From NCBI GenBank assembly GCA_963769025.1, contig CAVYKI010000006.1, positions 224,001 to 288,000 of the forward strand: a stretch of 64,000 nucleotides of DNA, read 5' to 3'. Position numbers and translations under genes: made by a program. The stretch's first letter is position 1; each line of letters opens with the position of its first letter. This stretch comes from an uncultured Verrucomicrobiae bacterium. GTDB lineage: Bacteria; Verrucomicrobiota; Verrucomicrobiia; Chthoniobacterales; Chthoniobacteraceae. Positions 22,601-32,889 of this stretch are shown piece after piece. Below the pieces are notes generated by a model. The model worked only from the letters and a program-made list of their open reading frames with translations. It had not been told where the DNA came from and did no database searches.

Positions 22601-23732
22601 GCCGAGGATGGGGCTCGTGCGATGGAAGCGCTGTGTGCAGCAGAACGGCGCGGCTCGCAGTTCGACCTGGTAGTCTTTGGCGTCGATGTGGGGAGCGGGA
22701 GCGACATGGCGTTCTCCCGGAAGATTCGCGACGACGCGCGATATTCGGGAGTCCGGCTGGTGCGCGTGGTTCCGCTGAACAAGAGCGAGGATGGCGCTGG
22801 CTGTGGTGACGCAAGGGCGGATGGGGAGATTGCAAAACCGATCAAGCACCGCAGCGTCCATCGCTGCCTGGAGAGTGTGCTGAAGTCAGGACTTTCCAAA
22901 GCCGCGCCCGCGGCGTCGGCCTCGACGGCGGTTTCCGAAACGCACGCCGACGCTTCGTGCCGCGCGCTGCGTGTGCTCGTGGCGGAGGACAGCGCGGTGA
23001 ATCAAAAGGTCGTGCAGTTCCAGCTCCGGAAGCTGGGGTGCAAGGTGGACGCAGTGACCGACGGCGAGGAGGCCGTTCGGGCGGTCCGGAAGCGCTCCTA
23101 TGACGTGGTCCTGATGGATTGCCAGATGCCGAAACTGGATGGATGGGAGACGGCCCGACTGATTCGCGAGTTCGAAAAAGGCCGGAAGCGCCGGACGTGG
23201 ATTATCGCGATGACTGCACATTCCCTTGTGGGTGATAGGGAGCGGTGTATGGAAGCCGGTATGGATGACTACCTGAGCAAGCCAGTGCGCTTCGGCGATC
23301 TCGGGAGCGGCGCTGGAAAGGAGCCCGGCCGCGTGCCGGGCCATTTCCAAAAATGCCGCGCATGCGCCGGAAAACGTCGTCTGCCAGGAGAGGATCGGGA
23401 GTTTCCGGCAGCTCGAGGCGGAGACCGGCCAATCCGTGCTGGTGAGTGTGATCGACCTCTTCATCGAGCGCACCCCGCCGATGTTCAAGGAGGCCAGGAA
23501 GGCCGTGAAGGGCAACGACGCGCCACGGATCGCACGCCTCGCACATACGATGAAGGGCAGTTGCAGCAATTTTGGGGCGCACCGGATGCTGGCGGCCTGT
23601 GAGCGGCTGGAAGCGGCGGCGCTCGGCGAAGGCAGCCGGGACGCGATGGAGCAAATGATCGGGGAGATCGAGCGCGAGTTTGGATCCGTCCGCACGGCGC
23701 TGGAAAACGAACTGGAGATGGAATCCGCATGA
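19646..23732 (+). CDS. Hybrid sensor kinase: 2 TM, 5 PAS, HisKA, HATPase, degenerate REC, REC, Hpt; frameshift at GGG 23303-23305
   Basis: FLANMSHEIRTPMNG, GGTGLGL, VLMDCQMPKLDG. Removing one G joins the Hpt (LAHTMKGSCSNFGA) of ORF 23436..23732. Confidence 0.9.
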
Positions 23733-24296
23733 AAATTCTGATCGCCGAGGACGACGCCGTTTCCTCCAAAATGCTCCAGCTCGCGCTGGAGAGCGCCGGG
23801 CACTCCGTCATCGTCACCGACTGCGGCGAGACGGCATGGGAGGCATTCAATGCGGAACCCGTGCGCGTCATCGTGAGCGACTGGATGATGCCCGGCATGG
23901 ACGGTCTCGATTTCTGCAAGAAGGTCCGCGCGCGACCCGAAGACGGACTATACGTACTTCATCCTGCTCACCGCGATCCACACGGGCCGCGAGAATCTCC
24001 GCAAGGCGATGGACGCGGGCGTGGACGATTTCCTGGCAAAGCCGCTCGACCGCGAGGCGATCATGATGCGCTTGCGCGTCGCCGAGCGCATCGTCGAGTT
24101 TGCCACGCAGCTCCGGCAGCTAAAGGAGCTGCTGCCGATCTGCATGTACTGCAAAAAAATTCGCGACGACGAAAACTACTGGCACGCCGTGGAGAGCTAC
24201 ATCTCGCAGCAGACGGGCAGCAATTTCAGCCACGGCATCTGCCCGGAGTGTTTTGAGAAGCACGTGAAGTTCCGGCGCCCGCAAGCGGCGACCTAG
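23729..24296 (+). CDS. Response regulator with C-terminal Cys/His-rich domain; frameshift at CCC 23936-23938
   Basis: ILIAEDD, VSDWMMPGMDG, corrected YTYFILLTA, DDFLAKP, then LPICMYCKKIRDD...FSHGICPEC. Confidence 0.88.
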
Positions 24297-24309
24297 CGCG
24301 CCGCACCTT

Positions 24310-25653
24310 TCAAGGCGCGAGACGGCCGCTTTCGAGGAGCGTTCGCCAGCACTCGGTGAAGCCGGTCGCGAAATCCTTCGGTCGCGCGTCGATCCAGCGC
24401 TGTATCTGGGGGATGGAAAAGAATGCGCCGCATTCGATTTCCGCCGGCGGCAGACGGAAGGGGCCTTCGTGCCTCGCCTTGTAGATTTTTACAAACTCCC
24501 ACCCGGTCTCGCGGCACGCGGGCACATCGCCGACGGGTTCGAGCGGCGCGGAGATGCCGAGTTCCTCATCAAGTTCGCGCGGTGCAGTCGTGTCACAGTC
24601 GTCGCCGGCATTCACGTGCCCCGCGGCGCTGCTGTCCCAGCGGCGCGGGTGCGCGTCCTTCCACCGCGAGCGGCGCTGGAGAAAGAGTTCGCCGCGTTTG
24701 TTGAAGACGAAGATGTGGATCGCGCGGTGACGCAGTTTCTCCCGGTGAACGACTCCGCGCGGCTGTTGGCCTACGACGCGGTTTTCCTCATCCACGACGT
24801 CGAACATCTCGCCGGTCACATCCTGTGCGCCGGCGCTGATGTCGCCGGTAACACCCGCGACGAGATTCGTGAGCGCGACCCAGTGGGCCAGGGTGAGTTC
24901 TTCCGCGCGCGCAGTCACGGACACACCGAGTGCTGCGGCAAATTCCTCCCAGCGGTCGAGCTGCAGCATCTTGCGGAGCTGCTTTCGGCGCTGGCTGAAT
25001 CCGCGCTTCACGAGCTCGCGATAGAGCGCGCCGTCGCATTCCGGCAGCGAGTCGTCCTCGCGCGGCGTGAGGAGCACGACCGAGGAGCCGACTTTCGGGA
25101 CCGGTGTGAAAACTTGCGGCGGCAGGTGGCGGAGCAATTTTGCCTGCCAGCGGCGGCCGATGAGGACGGTGAGCGCGCCGTACTCGCCGGTGCCGGACTT
25201 TGCGCACAGCCGCTCGGCGAGTTCGCGCTGCAGCGTGATGACGATCCGGCTCGCGGCGCTCGGTTCCGCGGTGAACTGAAACAGCAACTGGCTGGAGATG
25301 TAGTAGGGGAGGTTGCCGAAGATGGGCAGCGGCCCGCGCCAGAAGAGCTCGCGAGGATCGAAGTCCAGCGCGTTGCCGTGGACGAGTTCGACGGTCGGAA
25401 AATGTTCGCGGAGCCACGGCGCGAAGCGGTCGTCTTTTTCCAGCAGGATTCCATGCGGCGAAATCTCCACCGCGAACTCCGTCAGCGCGCCGAGCCCCGG
25501 TCCGATCTCCACCCACGGCTTGCCGGGTTCGATTCCCGCCTGCTCGACGATCCAGCGAGCGAGATTCTGATCGTGGAGAAAATTCTGCCCGAGGCTTTGC
25601 GTGGGTCGCGTGCCGAGTTCGGCGAGCGTCGCGGCGATGGTCGAGAGCTTCAT
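24310..25653 (-). CDS. rsmA: 16S rRNA dimethyltransferase RsmA/KsgA fused to a Nudix (YfcD/IDI-like) domain
   Basis: LGQNFL, EIGPGLGALT, GNLPYYIS, F.P.PKV.S, F.QRRK.L; then HRAIHIFVFN..GELFLQRRS..KD..P..WD..AAGHV...RE..EELGI. Confidence 0.92.
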   Translation of the reverse strand: MKLSTIAATLAELGTRPTQSLGQNFLHDQNLARWIVEQAGIEPGKPWVEIGPGLGALTEFAVEISPHGILLEKDDRFAPWLREHFPTVELVHGNALDFDPRELFWRGPLPIFGNLPYYISSQLLFQFTAEPSAASRIVITLQRELAERLCAKSGTGEYGALTVLIGRRWQAKLLRHLPPQVFTPVPKVGSSVVLLTPREDDSLPECDGALYRELVKRGFSQRRKQLRKMLQLDRWEEFAAALGVSVTARAEELTLAHWVALTNLVAGVTGDISAGAQDVTGEMFDVVDEENRVVGQQPRGVVHREKLRHRAIHIFVFNKRGELFLQRRSRWKDAHPRRWDSSAAGHVNAGDDCDTTAPRELDEELGISAPLEPVGDVPACRETGWEFVKIYKARHEGPFRLPPAEIECGAFFSIPQIQRWIDARPKDFATGFTECWRTLLESGRLAP

Positions 25654-25663
25654 GCCGCGCGTG

Positions 25664-26137
25664 CTAGAGCGCGGCGCGCAGGAGGCCGGTGTGCTCCGCG
25701 GGTTTCACCTTGCGGAGGATGGCTTTGATTTTCCCGTCGTCCCCGATCACGAAGGTCGTGCGTTCCGTGCCCATGTATTTTTTCCCGTACATGCTTTTCT
25801 CGACCCACACGCCGTAGTCGCCGACGATCTTTTTCGCCTCGTCCACGAGGAGAGGGAAGGGCAGCGAATGTTTTTCGATGAATTTCGCGTGGCTCTTCGC
25901 GGAATCCGGGCTCACGCCGAAGATCTCCGCCTTGCCGTCGAAATCCTGCCACTCGTCCCGCAGCGCGCAGGCCTGCGTGGTGCAGCCGGGCGTGTCGTCC
26001 TTCGGGTAAAAGTAGAGCACCACGACCCTGCCCGCGAAGTCCGCGAGCGAGACGTTTTTTCCCGCGCCGAATCTGCCGCCGACCGCGACCGTGCTGAATG
26101 CCGGGGCTGCGTCGCCGACCTGGAGTTCTGTGCTCAT
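25664..26137 (-). CDS. bcp: Thioredoxin-dependent peroxidase Bcp/PrxQ
   Basis: LYFYPKDDTPGCTTQAC, YGKKYMG.ERTTFVI. Confidence 0.93.
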   Translation of the reverse strand: MSTELQVGDAAPAFSTVAVGGRFGAGKNVSLADFAGRVVVLYFYPKDDTPGCTTQACALRDEWQDFDGKAEIFGVSPDSAKSHAKFIEKHSLPFPLLVDEAKKIVGDYGVWVEKSMYGKKYMGTERTTFVIGDDGKIKAILRKVKPAEHTGLLRAAL

Positions 26138-26170
26138 GCTTCTGTTCCCGTGCGAGGTGTCTGGAAATGC

Positions 26171-26201
26171 AAAGGGGCCTGCCCGGTTGCGGACAGGCCC
26201 C
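26171..26201 (-). terminator. Probable intrinsic terminator after the peroxiredoxin gene
   Basis: Minus strand GGGGCCTGTCCG-CAAC-CGGGCAGGCCCC followed by TTT. Confidence 0.6.
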
Positions 26202-26216
26202 GATGAAAGTGGCCCG

Positions 26217-26696
26217 CTATTTCAGCTCCGTGAGCTTCGCCTTGATGGCTTCGAAGTTCGGCAGATCCTTCGGCGTTGCGGTCTGCTCGGCGTATTGCAC
26301 TACGCCGTTCTTATCGATGACGAACGCGGCGCGCGCGCTCGTGTCGCCGATGCCCGCGAGGCCTGGAAATTCCACGCCATAGGCTTTCGTCACGGCCTTG
26401 TTGAGGTCGCTGACCAGCGGCACGGTGATGCTCTTCGACTGCGCCCACGCCTCCTGCGCGAAGGGGCTGTCCACGCTCACGCCGATGATTTCGGCGTTCA
26501 GGCCGGTGAAGGCTTCGAGCCCTTGCGACACGTCGCAAAACTCCTGCGTGCAGACGCCCGTGAACGCGAGCGGAAAGAACAGCACGAGCGTGTTCTTCTT
26601 TCCGAAATTCGCGGAGAGCGTGATGTCCTTGAGGCCGTTGGCGTCTTTGGACTTGAGGGTGAAATCCGGGGCTTTGGTTCCGACTGCGATGGGCAT
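26217..26696 (-). CDS. Peroxiredoxin (AhpE/redoxin-like)
   Basis: G.KAPDFTL, LFFPLAFTGVCTQEFC, SVDSPF, RAAFVID..G. Confidence 0.9.
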   Translation of the reverse strand: MPIAVGTKAPDFTLKSKDANGLKDITLSANFGKKNTLVLFFPLAFTGVCTQEFCDVSQGLEAFTGLNAEIIGVSVDSPFAQEAWAQSKSITVPLVSDLNKAVTKAYGVEFPGLAGIGDTSARAAFVIDKNGVVQYAEQTATPKDLPNFEAIKAKLTELK

Positions 26697-26838
26697 GGGT
26701 GTGTGTTTGGTGAGGGTTGTCTGTGAAATGAGGAGCGGCTTGTAGTGCGCCGCGGCGTTGCGGGCAATCGCTGTTTTTGCGGGCGCACTTCCCGATTTCG
26801 CGTGACGCACACGGCGGTGTCACCTACATCGCGCCGCC

Positions 26839-27444
26839 ATGTCCCGACCGAATGCTCCCGGCTGGCTCGTGGTCGTCGAGGGAATCGATGGCGCGGGCAA
26901 AAGCACCGTCCTGCGCGGCCTCGCGGCGCATTGCACGGAGCGCGGGATGGAATGCGTGACCAGCGGCGAGCCGACGCGCGGACCGTGGGGGCTGAAGCTG
27001 CGGCAGAGCATGACGGAAGGCAGGCTGTCGCTCGACGAGGAGCTGGAACTTTTCCTGAAGGATCGCGCCGAGCATGTCGCGACGCTCATCCGTCCCGCGC
27101 TGGCGGCGGGCAGGGTCGTGCTGCTCGATCGCTACTACCTTTCCACCGCGGCCTACCAGGGCGCGCGCGGCGCGGACCCGGCGAAAATTTTGGAAATGAA
27201 TGAGCAGTTTGCGCCGCAGCCGGACCTGGTGCTGCTCTTGGATTTCGATCCGGATGGTGGCTTGGAGCGCATCCGCGCGCGTGGCGACGCGCCGAATACC
27301 TTCGAGGAAGCGGAGCAGTTGCGCGCGGTGCGGAAAATCTTCCTCGGGTTGGAGCGTCCCTTCATCCGCCGTGTGGATGCGGCGCGTCCCGCCGGAGAGG
27401 TTTTCTCCGAGTGCCGGGCGGAGTTGGATCGGCTCATTGCCTAA
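26839..27444 (+). CDS. tmk: Thymidylate kinase
   Basis: EGIDGAGKST, EP, LF..DR.EH, DRYY.ST.AYQG, PDL. Confidence 0.95.
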   Translation: MSRPNAPGWLVVVEGIDGAGKSTVLRGLAAHCTERGMECVTSGEPTRGPWGLKLRQSMTEGRLSLDEELELFLKDRAEHVATLIRPALAAGRVVLLDRYYLSTAAYQGARGADPAKILEMNEQFAPQPDLVLLLDFDPDGGLERIRARGDAPNTFEEAEQLRAVRKIFLGLERPFIRRVDAARPAGEVFSECRAELDRLIA

Positions 27445-27484
27445 GCCGCTTGGCGCGTCGACGGATTCGGGTTAGTTGACGGCG

Positions 27485-28168
27485 ATGAGTAATGATTCCG
27501 CCATTCGAACACGCCTCGCCGAGGCGCGGCTCTACGGGATAATCGACCTTGGCTACGTGGCGGCGGATTCCGTCGGGGGCATCGCGGCGCAGTTGTGTGA
27601 GGGCGGGGTGGATGTGGTGCAGCTTCGGGGGAAGGGGAGGGAGGACCACGAGATCGAGGAGCTGGCGAATCGCGTCGCGCCCATCCTGCGCGATGCGGGC
27701 GTGCCGTTCATCATCAACGATCATCCGGAACTGGTGCCGAGTGTCGGCGCGGATGGTGCGCACGTGGGGCAGGATGATTTTTCCGTCGCCGACGCGCGCT
27801 GGCGCGCCGGTCGCGCGCTGGGGGGCGAGGTGCCGCTGCCGATCATCGGAAAGAGCACGCACTCGGTGGAGCAAGCCGTCGCCGCGGCAGCCGAGGGCGC
27901 GAACTACATCGGCTTCGGGCCGCTTTTTCCCACGCCGACGAAGGCGGGGCGCCCGGCGATCGGTCTCGCGGAGATCGCGCGGGTGCACACTCTCGTGAGC
28001 GTGCCGATTTTCTGCATCGGCGGAGTGAAGCTGGAGAATCTCGACACGGTGATCGCCGCCGGTGCGCGACGCGTGGTGATCGTGAGCGGGATCCTGCAGT
28101 CGGCGGATGTCGCGGGATATTGCCGCGAGGCAAAAGCGCGGCTGGACGCCGTGCCGCTGAGTGTGTAA
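27485..28168 (+). CDS. thiE: Thiamine phosphate synthase
   Basis: VQLRGK, IIND, DGAHVGQDD, GKSTH, YIGFGPLFPTPTK, IGG. Confidence 0.93.
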   Translation: MSNDSAIRTRLAEARLYGIIDLGYVAADSVGGIAAQLCEGGVDVVQLRGKGREDHEIEELANRVAPILRDAGVPFIINDHPELVPSVGADGAHVGQDDFSVADARWRAGRALGGEVPLPIIGKSTHSVEQAVAAAAEGANYIGFGPLFPTPTKAGRPAIGLAEIARVHTLVSVPIFCIGGVKLENLDTVIAAGARRVVIVSGILQSADVAGYCREAKARLDAVPLSV

Positions 28169-28237
28169 CTCGTCCGCCCTTCGCGCCCGAAAGGCATCGC
28201 GAAGATCGTCACACAAACCCTGCAACCACATCCTGCC

Positions 28238-29161
28238 ATGTCCGTCCTCGTCGTTGGTTCCGTCGCACTCGATACCGTCAAGACTCCCTTCGAGGAGCAC
28301 GCCGATCTGCTCGGCGGTTCTGCGAGTTACGCGGCGGTGGGCGTGTCGTTTTTCTCGCCGGTGAACATGGTCGGCATCGTCGGCGACGATTTTCCGACGA
28401 AGCACGTGGAGTTTTTCAAGTCGCGCAAGATCGACCTCGCCGGCCTGCAGATCGTGCCGGGCAAGACCTTCCGCTGGTCGGGCGAATACATGCTCGACAT
28501 GAATGTGCGCGAGACCCGCAGCGTGGACCTGAATGTGTTCGAGCATTTCACCCCGGTCCTCCCGCCGGACTACAAGCGGACGAAGCTCGCGCTGCTCGCG
28601 AACATCGGGCCGAACCTGCAAAACCACGTGCTCGATCAGCTGGAGAGCCCCGGCTTCGTCATCGCGGACACGATGGACCTGTGGATCAACATCGCGCTCG
28701 ACGAACTCAAGCGGCTGCTCAAGCGCGTGGACATGCTCATCCTGAACGACAGCGAGGCGCGCCAGCTCACGCAGCAGACGTCGCTCATCAAGGCCGGCCA
28801 GCAGATCCAGGCGATGGGGCCGAAATTCGTGGCGCTGAAGAAGGGCGAGCACGGCTGTCTGCTCTTCGGCGAAAATGGCGACTTTTTCTCATGCAGCGCC
28901 TACCCGCTGGAGGATGTGCATGACCCCACCGGCGCGGGCGACACCTTCGCCGGCGGCCTCGCGGGCCATCTTGCGGCGAACAGCAAGGGAGCCGTCACCT
29001 TCGCCGACCTGCGCCGGGCCGTGGTTTTCGGATCGGTGCTCGCGAGCTACAACGTCGAGCAGTTCAGCCTCGAACGGATGCGCACGCTGACAGACGCCGA
29101 CGTGGAGGCCCGCTACGAGAGTTTCAAGCTCTTCAGCCACTTCGAGGTCATCGAGGACTGA
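28238..29161 (+). CDS. PfkB-family carbohydrate kinase
   Basis: LGGSASY, LNDSEA, KKGEHG, DPTGAGDTFAGG. Confidence 0.92.
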   Translation: MSVLVVGSVALDTVKTPFEEHADLLGGSASYAAVGVSFFSPVNMVGIVGDDFPTKHVEFFKSRKIDLAGLQIVPGKTFRWSGEYMLDMNVRETRSVDLNVFEHFTPVLPPDYKRTKLALLANIGPNLQNHVLDQLESPGFVIADTMDLWINIALDELKRLLKRVDMLILNDSEARQLTQQTSLIKAGQQIQAMGPKFVALKKGEHGCLLFGENGDFFSCSAYPLEDVHDPTGAGDTFAGGLAGHLAANSKGAVTFADLRRAVVFGSVLASYNVEQFSLERMRTLTDADVEARYESFKLFSHFEVIED

Positions 29162-29176
29162 GGGGCGCGGCTGCGA

Positions 29177-29764
29177 CTAGCTGCCGCCTGCCGGAGCGCG
29201 GGTAGCGTTGCCGAAGAATCCACCGACGCGGTCAGTGGTGATTTCCACGCGGGTTCCGCGTTGCACGTGGTCAAAGAGTTCGACGACGTCGCGGGATTTC
29301 ATGCGGATGCAGCCGTAGCTGACGGGGCGGCCGATGTTCCGTTCTTCGGGGGTGCCGTGAATGTAGATGCCGCGGGAAAGGGCCTTTGCGTTGTGCTTTT
29401 CGAGGCCGCGGAGCGGGAGGATGCGCGTGACGATGGGATCGCGTTCGGGCGCATTCACCGCGCAGATTTCGCCGGTCGGGCGGCAGCCGCGGAAGACCGC
29501 GCCGAGTTCGGCTTCGTGGCCGATTTTGTCGGCGATCTCAAACTGGCCGATCGGCGTGGCGTAGCTGCTGCGGGTGTCGCCGATTCCAAATTTCGAGGTG
29601 GAGACGCGGTAGGAGGCGACCTTTTGGCCGTTCGCATCGAACAGGTAGAGCCTTTGCTCGGCGATGCTGACCATGATGGTCGGACTGTCCGTGGCGAACG
29701 CGGACGGGATGACGATGGGGGCGTGGAGACTGAGGAGGACCGCGAGGAGGCGGCGCAGTCTCAT
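29177..29764 (-). CDS. L,D-transpeptidase (YkuD family)
   Basis: Signal peptide, VSIAEQRL, TP.G.F.I..K, IYIHGT......IG.P.SYGCIRM...DV.ELF. Confidence 0.88.
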   Translation of the reverse strand: MRLRRLLAVLLSLHAPIVIPSAFATDSPTIMVSIAEQRLYLFDANGQKVASYRVSTSKFGIGDTRSSYATPIGQFEIADKIGHEAELGAVFRGCRPTGEICAVNAPERDPIVTRILPLRGLEKHNAKALSRGIYIHGTPEERNIGRPVSYGCIRMKSRDVVELFDHVQRGTRVEITTDRVGGFFGNATRAPAGGS

Positions 29765-31330
29765 TGGGCCGGCCTCCGCATGATGACGTTGGGCTGTTCG
29801 TTCATGGATCGGATCAGGCGGAGAGCACCTCTCCCGTGTCGCGCCACGAGGCGCGGAGCTGCGGGAAACCATTGTGCGAGCGAGCACATGGCGACGTAGG
29901 TGAAGCCGCTGGCGAAGAGGCCGAGGAAGGGCATGGCGAGCCAGTTGCGGGCCGTGACTTCGTGGATGAAGAAGTAGATGAAGTAGGCCGCGAAGGCGAT
30001 TTCGATGAAGGGCAGGAGGTTTTTCGCGACGGAGTATTTCGACTTTTTCCAGGCCTGCGTCTTGGTCTGGATGCCGTACTTGGGCGTGCGGGTGAATTCG
30101 CCGGTGACGCCGAACATCCCTTGGATGACGGCCCACGCGTTATTCACGGCGAGGCCGATGGTCAGCGCGAGCAGGGCGGGGAGGTAGAGGACTTCGCGCC
30201 ACCAGGAGCGTGGGTAGAGCTCCCGCTGGGAGACGATGTAGAAGACGATGGCGGGAAGCGACCCGGTGATGAAGATCGGGATGTCGAGCAGGATGGTGCG
30301 CCAGATTCCCCAGGTCCCGTCGGCGTTGGCTGCGACGCTCGGGTGCATCAGGATGCAGATGGCGGCGAGGAGCAGGAACGCGTAGTTCGAGGTGAGGTGC
30401 ATGGTGGCTTCGAGCTTCACCTTTAGCGGAAGGTGTGCCCGCCACACGGCGGGGAGGAGTTTTTTGCAGGTCTGGATGCTGCCCTTGGTCCAGCGGTGCT
30501 GCTGGGACTTGAAGCCATTCATGTCCACGGGGAGCTCGGCGGGGGTGACGAGGTCGGGCAGGAAGACGAAGTTCCAGCCCTTGAGCTGCGCGCGGTAGCT
30601 GAGGTCGAGATCCTCGGTGAGCGTGTCGTGCTGCCAGCCGCCGGCTTCGACGATGCAGGACTTCCGCCAGACGCCGGCGGTGCCGTTGAAATTGATGAAG
30701 CGGCCCGGAGCGGTTGCGGCCGGTCTGCTCGAGGAGCAGGTGGCCGTCGAGGAACATCGCCTGCACGCGCGTGAGCATCGAGTAGGTGCGGTTCAGGTGG
30801 CCCCAGCGGGTCTGGATCATGCCGACCTTGGGGTCGGAAAAATAGTCCACGGTGCGTTTGAGGACATCCGGGTTCGGGACGAAGTCCGCGTCGAGGATGA
30901 GGATAAACTCGCCCTTTGCCGACTGGAGCCCGTTTTCCAAGGCGCCAGCCTTGAAGCCCGTGCGGTCGGTGCGGTGGATGTGCGTGATGTCGAAACCGCG
31001 GACCACAAGTTCGCCGACGAGCTTGGTGGCGAGCTCGCGGGTTTCGTCGGTGGAGTCGTCGAGCACCTGCACGTCGACCAGGTGCTGCGGGTAGTCGAGC
31101 TTGGAAACGGATTCCAAGAGCCGCTCGACGACGTAGAGTTCGTTAAAGATGGGCAGCTGAACGGTGACGCGCGGCAGCTGGTCCAGCTTGCCGAGAGGCA
31201 CCGGGGCGTTGCGCCGGTTCTTTAAGAAAAGATAAACGATGAGATAACGATGCAGGCCGTACAAGGAGATTCCCAGTAATACGGCGGTGTAGCAGAGCGT
31301 CCAAATGAGTGTTCCCAGATTGTCGGGCAT
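29761..31330 (-). CDS. GT2 cellulose-synthase-like (CslA-type) glycosyltransferase; frameshift near 30705 and possibly a second near 29865 (alternative stop at 29814)
   Basis: [26 protein letters not shown], corrected [31 protein letters not shown]. Confidence 0.88.
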
Positions 31331-31367
31331 GCGGTTGATAAAAGCCGTTTCCGGCAAAAAGAAGGGC

Positions 31368-31397
31368 GCATAATGGATTTGTAGCGCCGACCGTCAA
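31368..31397 (-). promoter_or_regulatory. Candidate sigma70 promoter of the GT2 gene, overlapped by an inverted repeat
   Basis: Minus strand TTGACG-N16-CATTAT about 40 nt upstream of the ATG; GGATTTG (31375-31381) / CAAATCC (31401-31407) inverted pair. Confidence 0.35.
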
Positions 31398-31472
31398 GAC
31401 CAAATCCTACCCTCGCATCAACGACCGAATTCCATTGGTAAAGCCTTGCGCTGTGCTGAACAGCGACGTTTT

Positions 31473-31685
31473 TCAGAACAGGCTCGGGCTGTCGTTGGCG
31501 GCTTCTCCACCCATGCCGAGCAGGCTTTCGCGGTCCCGATCGGGCAGGCTGCGCCACCATTCCAGCGCCTCTTTTTGCGAATATGCCAGCACGGCGAAGG
31601 TCCGGCCATGCCATGTCATTTCGGAGGAAACGGCGTCGACCTCATCGGCACGGCAGCGAATCCAGGGGACGCGAACGATCTTCAT
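31473..31685 (-). CDS. Small hypothetical protein (70 aa)
   Basis: MKIVRVPW...EALEWW.. fills the gap between the MBL and GT2 genes on the same strand; no family recognised. Confidence 0.4.
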   Translation of the reverse strand: MKIVRVPWIRCRADEVDAVSSEMTWHGRTFAVLAYSQKEALEWWRSLPDRDRESLLGMGGEAANDSPSLF

Positions 31686-31741
31686 ATGGTGTCTCAGAAT
31701 TACCGTGGGGTTTTGAAAATGGCGACCACGGATCCGGCTTA

Positions 31742-32521
31742 TCAAAGCGTGATTTTCATCCCGTCCGTGGCGATGCGCACGCCCTCGGGCAGCGCGGCCT
31801 CGGTCGCCGCATGCGAGAGGTCGTGGCAGAGGTGGGTGAAGAGTGTCTGCCGCGGCTGGATCGCCGCGGCGGTCTCTAGCGCCTCGTCCACGCTCATGTG
31901 CGTAGGATGTTCCCGGCGGCGGAGGGCGTCGAGGATGAGCGTGTCCACGCCGGCGACCTGCGCGCGCACTTCCTCGGGCACGGCCTTGCAGTCATTGATA
32001 TAGGCGAGAAGCCGGCGGCCGCCGCGGATGAAGAGGTAGCCATAGGTCGTCATCCGGCCATGGGGAACGGGGAGGGGGACGATTTCCGTCTCACCGAGAC
32101 GGAAGGCGCCCTCCACCGGCCGCGCGTCCGGTTGGAGATAGCCCGGGAAGCGGTTTTTTCCGTCGAAGGCAAACGAGAACGAGTTCCGGAGCAGGCCGAG
32201 CGTCGCCGGCGAGCCGAACACGGGCAGCGTTTTCCCGCCAAAGCAGAACGGACGGAGGTCGTCGAAGCCCATGATGTGGTCCGTATGCGCGTGGGTCAGC
32301 AGCACGGCATCCACGCGGCGGATGTTTTCGCGCAGCGCCTGCTCGCGGAAATCGGGCCCCGTGTCGATGACCCACGCACATTCCGGCGTCTCGATGTAGG
32401 CTGCCGTCCGCGTGCGCCGGTCGCGAGGGTCGGCGGAGCGGCAGACCGCGCAGTCGCACGTCAGCACCGGGATGCCCAGCGAGGTTCCCGTGCCGAGGAA
32501 AGTGAAGGTGAAATCGCCCAT
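31742..32521 (-). CDS. MBL-fold metallo-hydrolase (PhnP-like)
   Basis: FLGTGTS.G.P...CDC.VC, DTGPDFR.Q, THAHTDHIMGFDDLR, HPTH, THLCH. Confidence 0.92.
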   Translation of the reverse strand: MGDFTFTFLGTGTSLGIPVLTCDCAVCRSADPRDRRTRTAAYIETPECAWVIDTGPDFREQALRENIRRVDAVLLTHAHTDHIMGFDDLRPFCFGGKTLPVFGSPATLGLLRNSFSFAFDGKNRFPGYLQPDARPVEGAFRLGETEIVPLPVPHGRMTTYGYLFIRGGRRLLAYINDCKAVPEEVRAQVAGVDTLILDALRRREHPTHMSVDEALETAAAIQPRQTLFTHLCHDLSHAATEAALPEGVRIATDGMKITL

Positions 32522-32644
32522 GGAGCGCGCCGAGCATCGGGTGCGGTGCGGGCGGGTGCAATTGGGAACATCGCCGGGCGATCCCGGCGCGCGAACAATC
32601 GCGATTCCGACCTCTCAACCCTCATCCCTCAACCCGGCAGGGTG

Positions 32645-32678
32645 AGGTGGGTGGAGCCCCCCCGGACTCCACCCACCT
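32645..32678. terminator. Perfect 12-bp hairpin (terminator or RNA 3' stabiliser)
   Basis: AGGTGGGTGGAG-N10-CTCCACCCACCT, followed by TTTT on the plus strand. Confidence 0.6.
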
Positions 32679-32693
32679 TTTTCCCAACCAACA

Positions 32694-32870
32694 TCAACAA
32701 AGTCGAATCGCACCGCCACGGTTCCCCGTGGCCTGCAGTCGCGGAAAGAGACGGCTGTTGGAAGCCGGAGCGACGGTGCTTCCGAGGAAAACACTGCCGA
32801 GCACTTCACGCAGCATGGCCGGCGCGGTGAGCGGGCGGGCGGTGTTGCGGGTGTGGAGCGGATGTTTCAT
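32694..32870 (-). CDS. Candidate 58-aa small ORF (or sRNA), below the ORF-track cutoff
   Basis: MKHPLHTRNTARPLTAPAMLREVLGSVFLGSTVAPASNSRLFPRLQATGNRGGAIRLC*, lying between a sigma54-like promoter and the hairpin. Confidence 0.4.
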   Translation of the reverse strand: MKHPLHTRNTARPLTAPAMLREVLGSVFLGSTVAPASNSRLFPRLQATGNRGGAIRLC

Positions 32871-32889
32871 CGGGTTGCATTCCTGAGAT

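Noticed and set aside
23436..23732. Separate Hpt gene
   Set aside because: It joins the hybrid kinase once one G is removed at 23303-23305.
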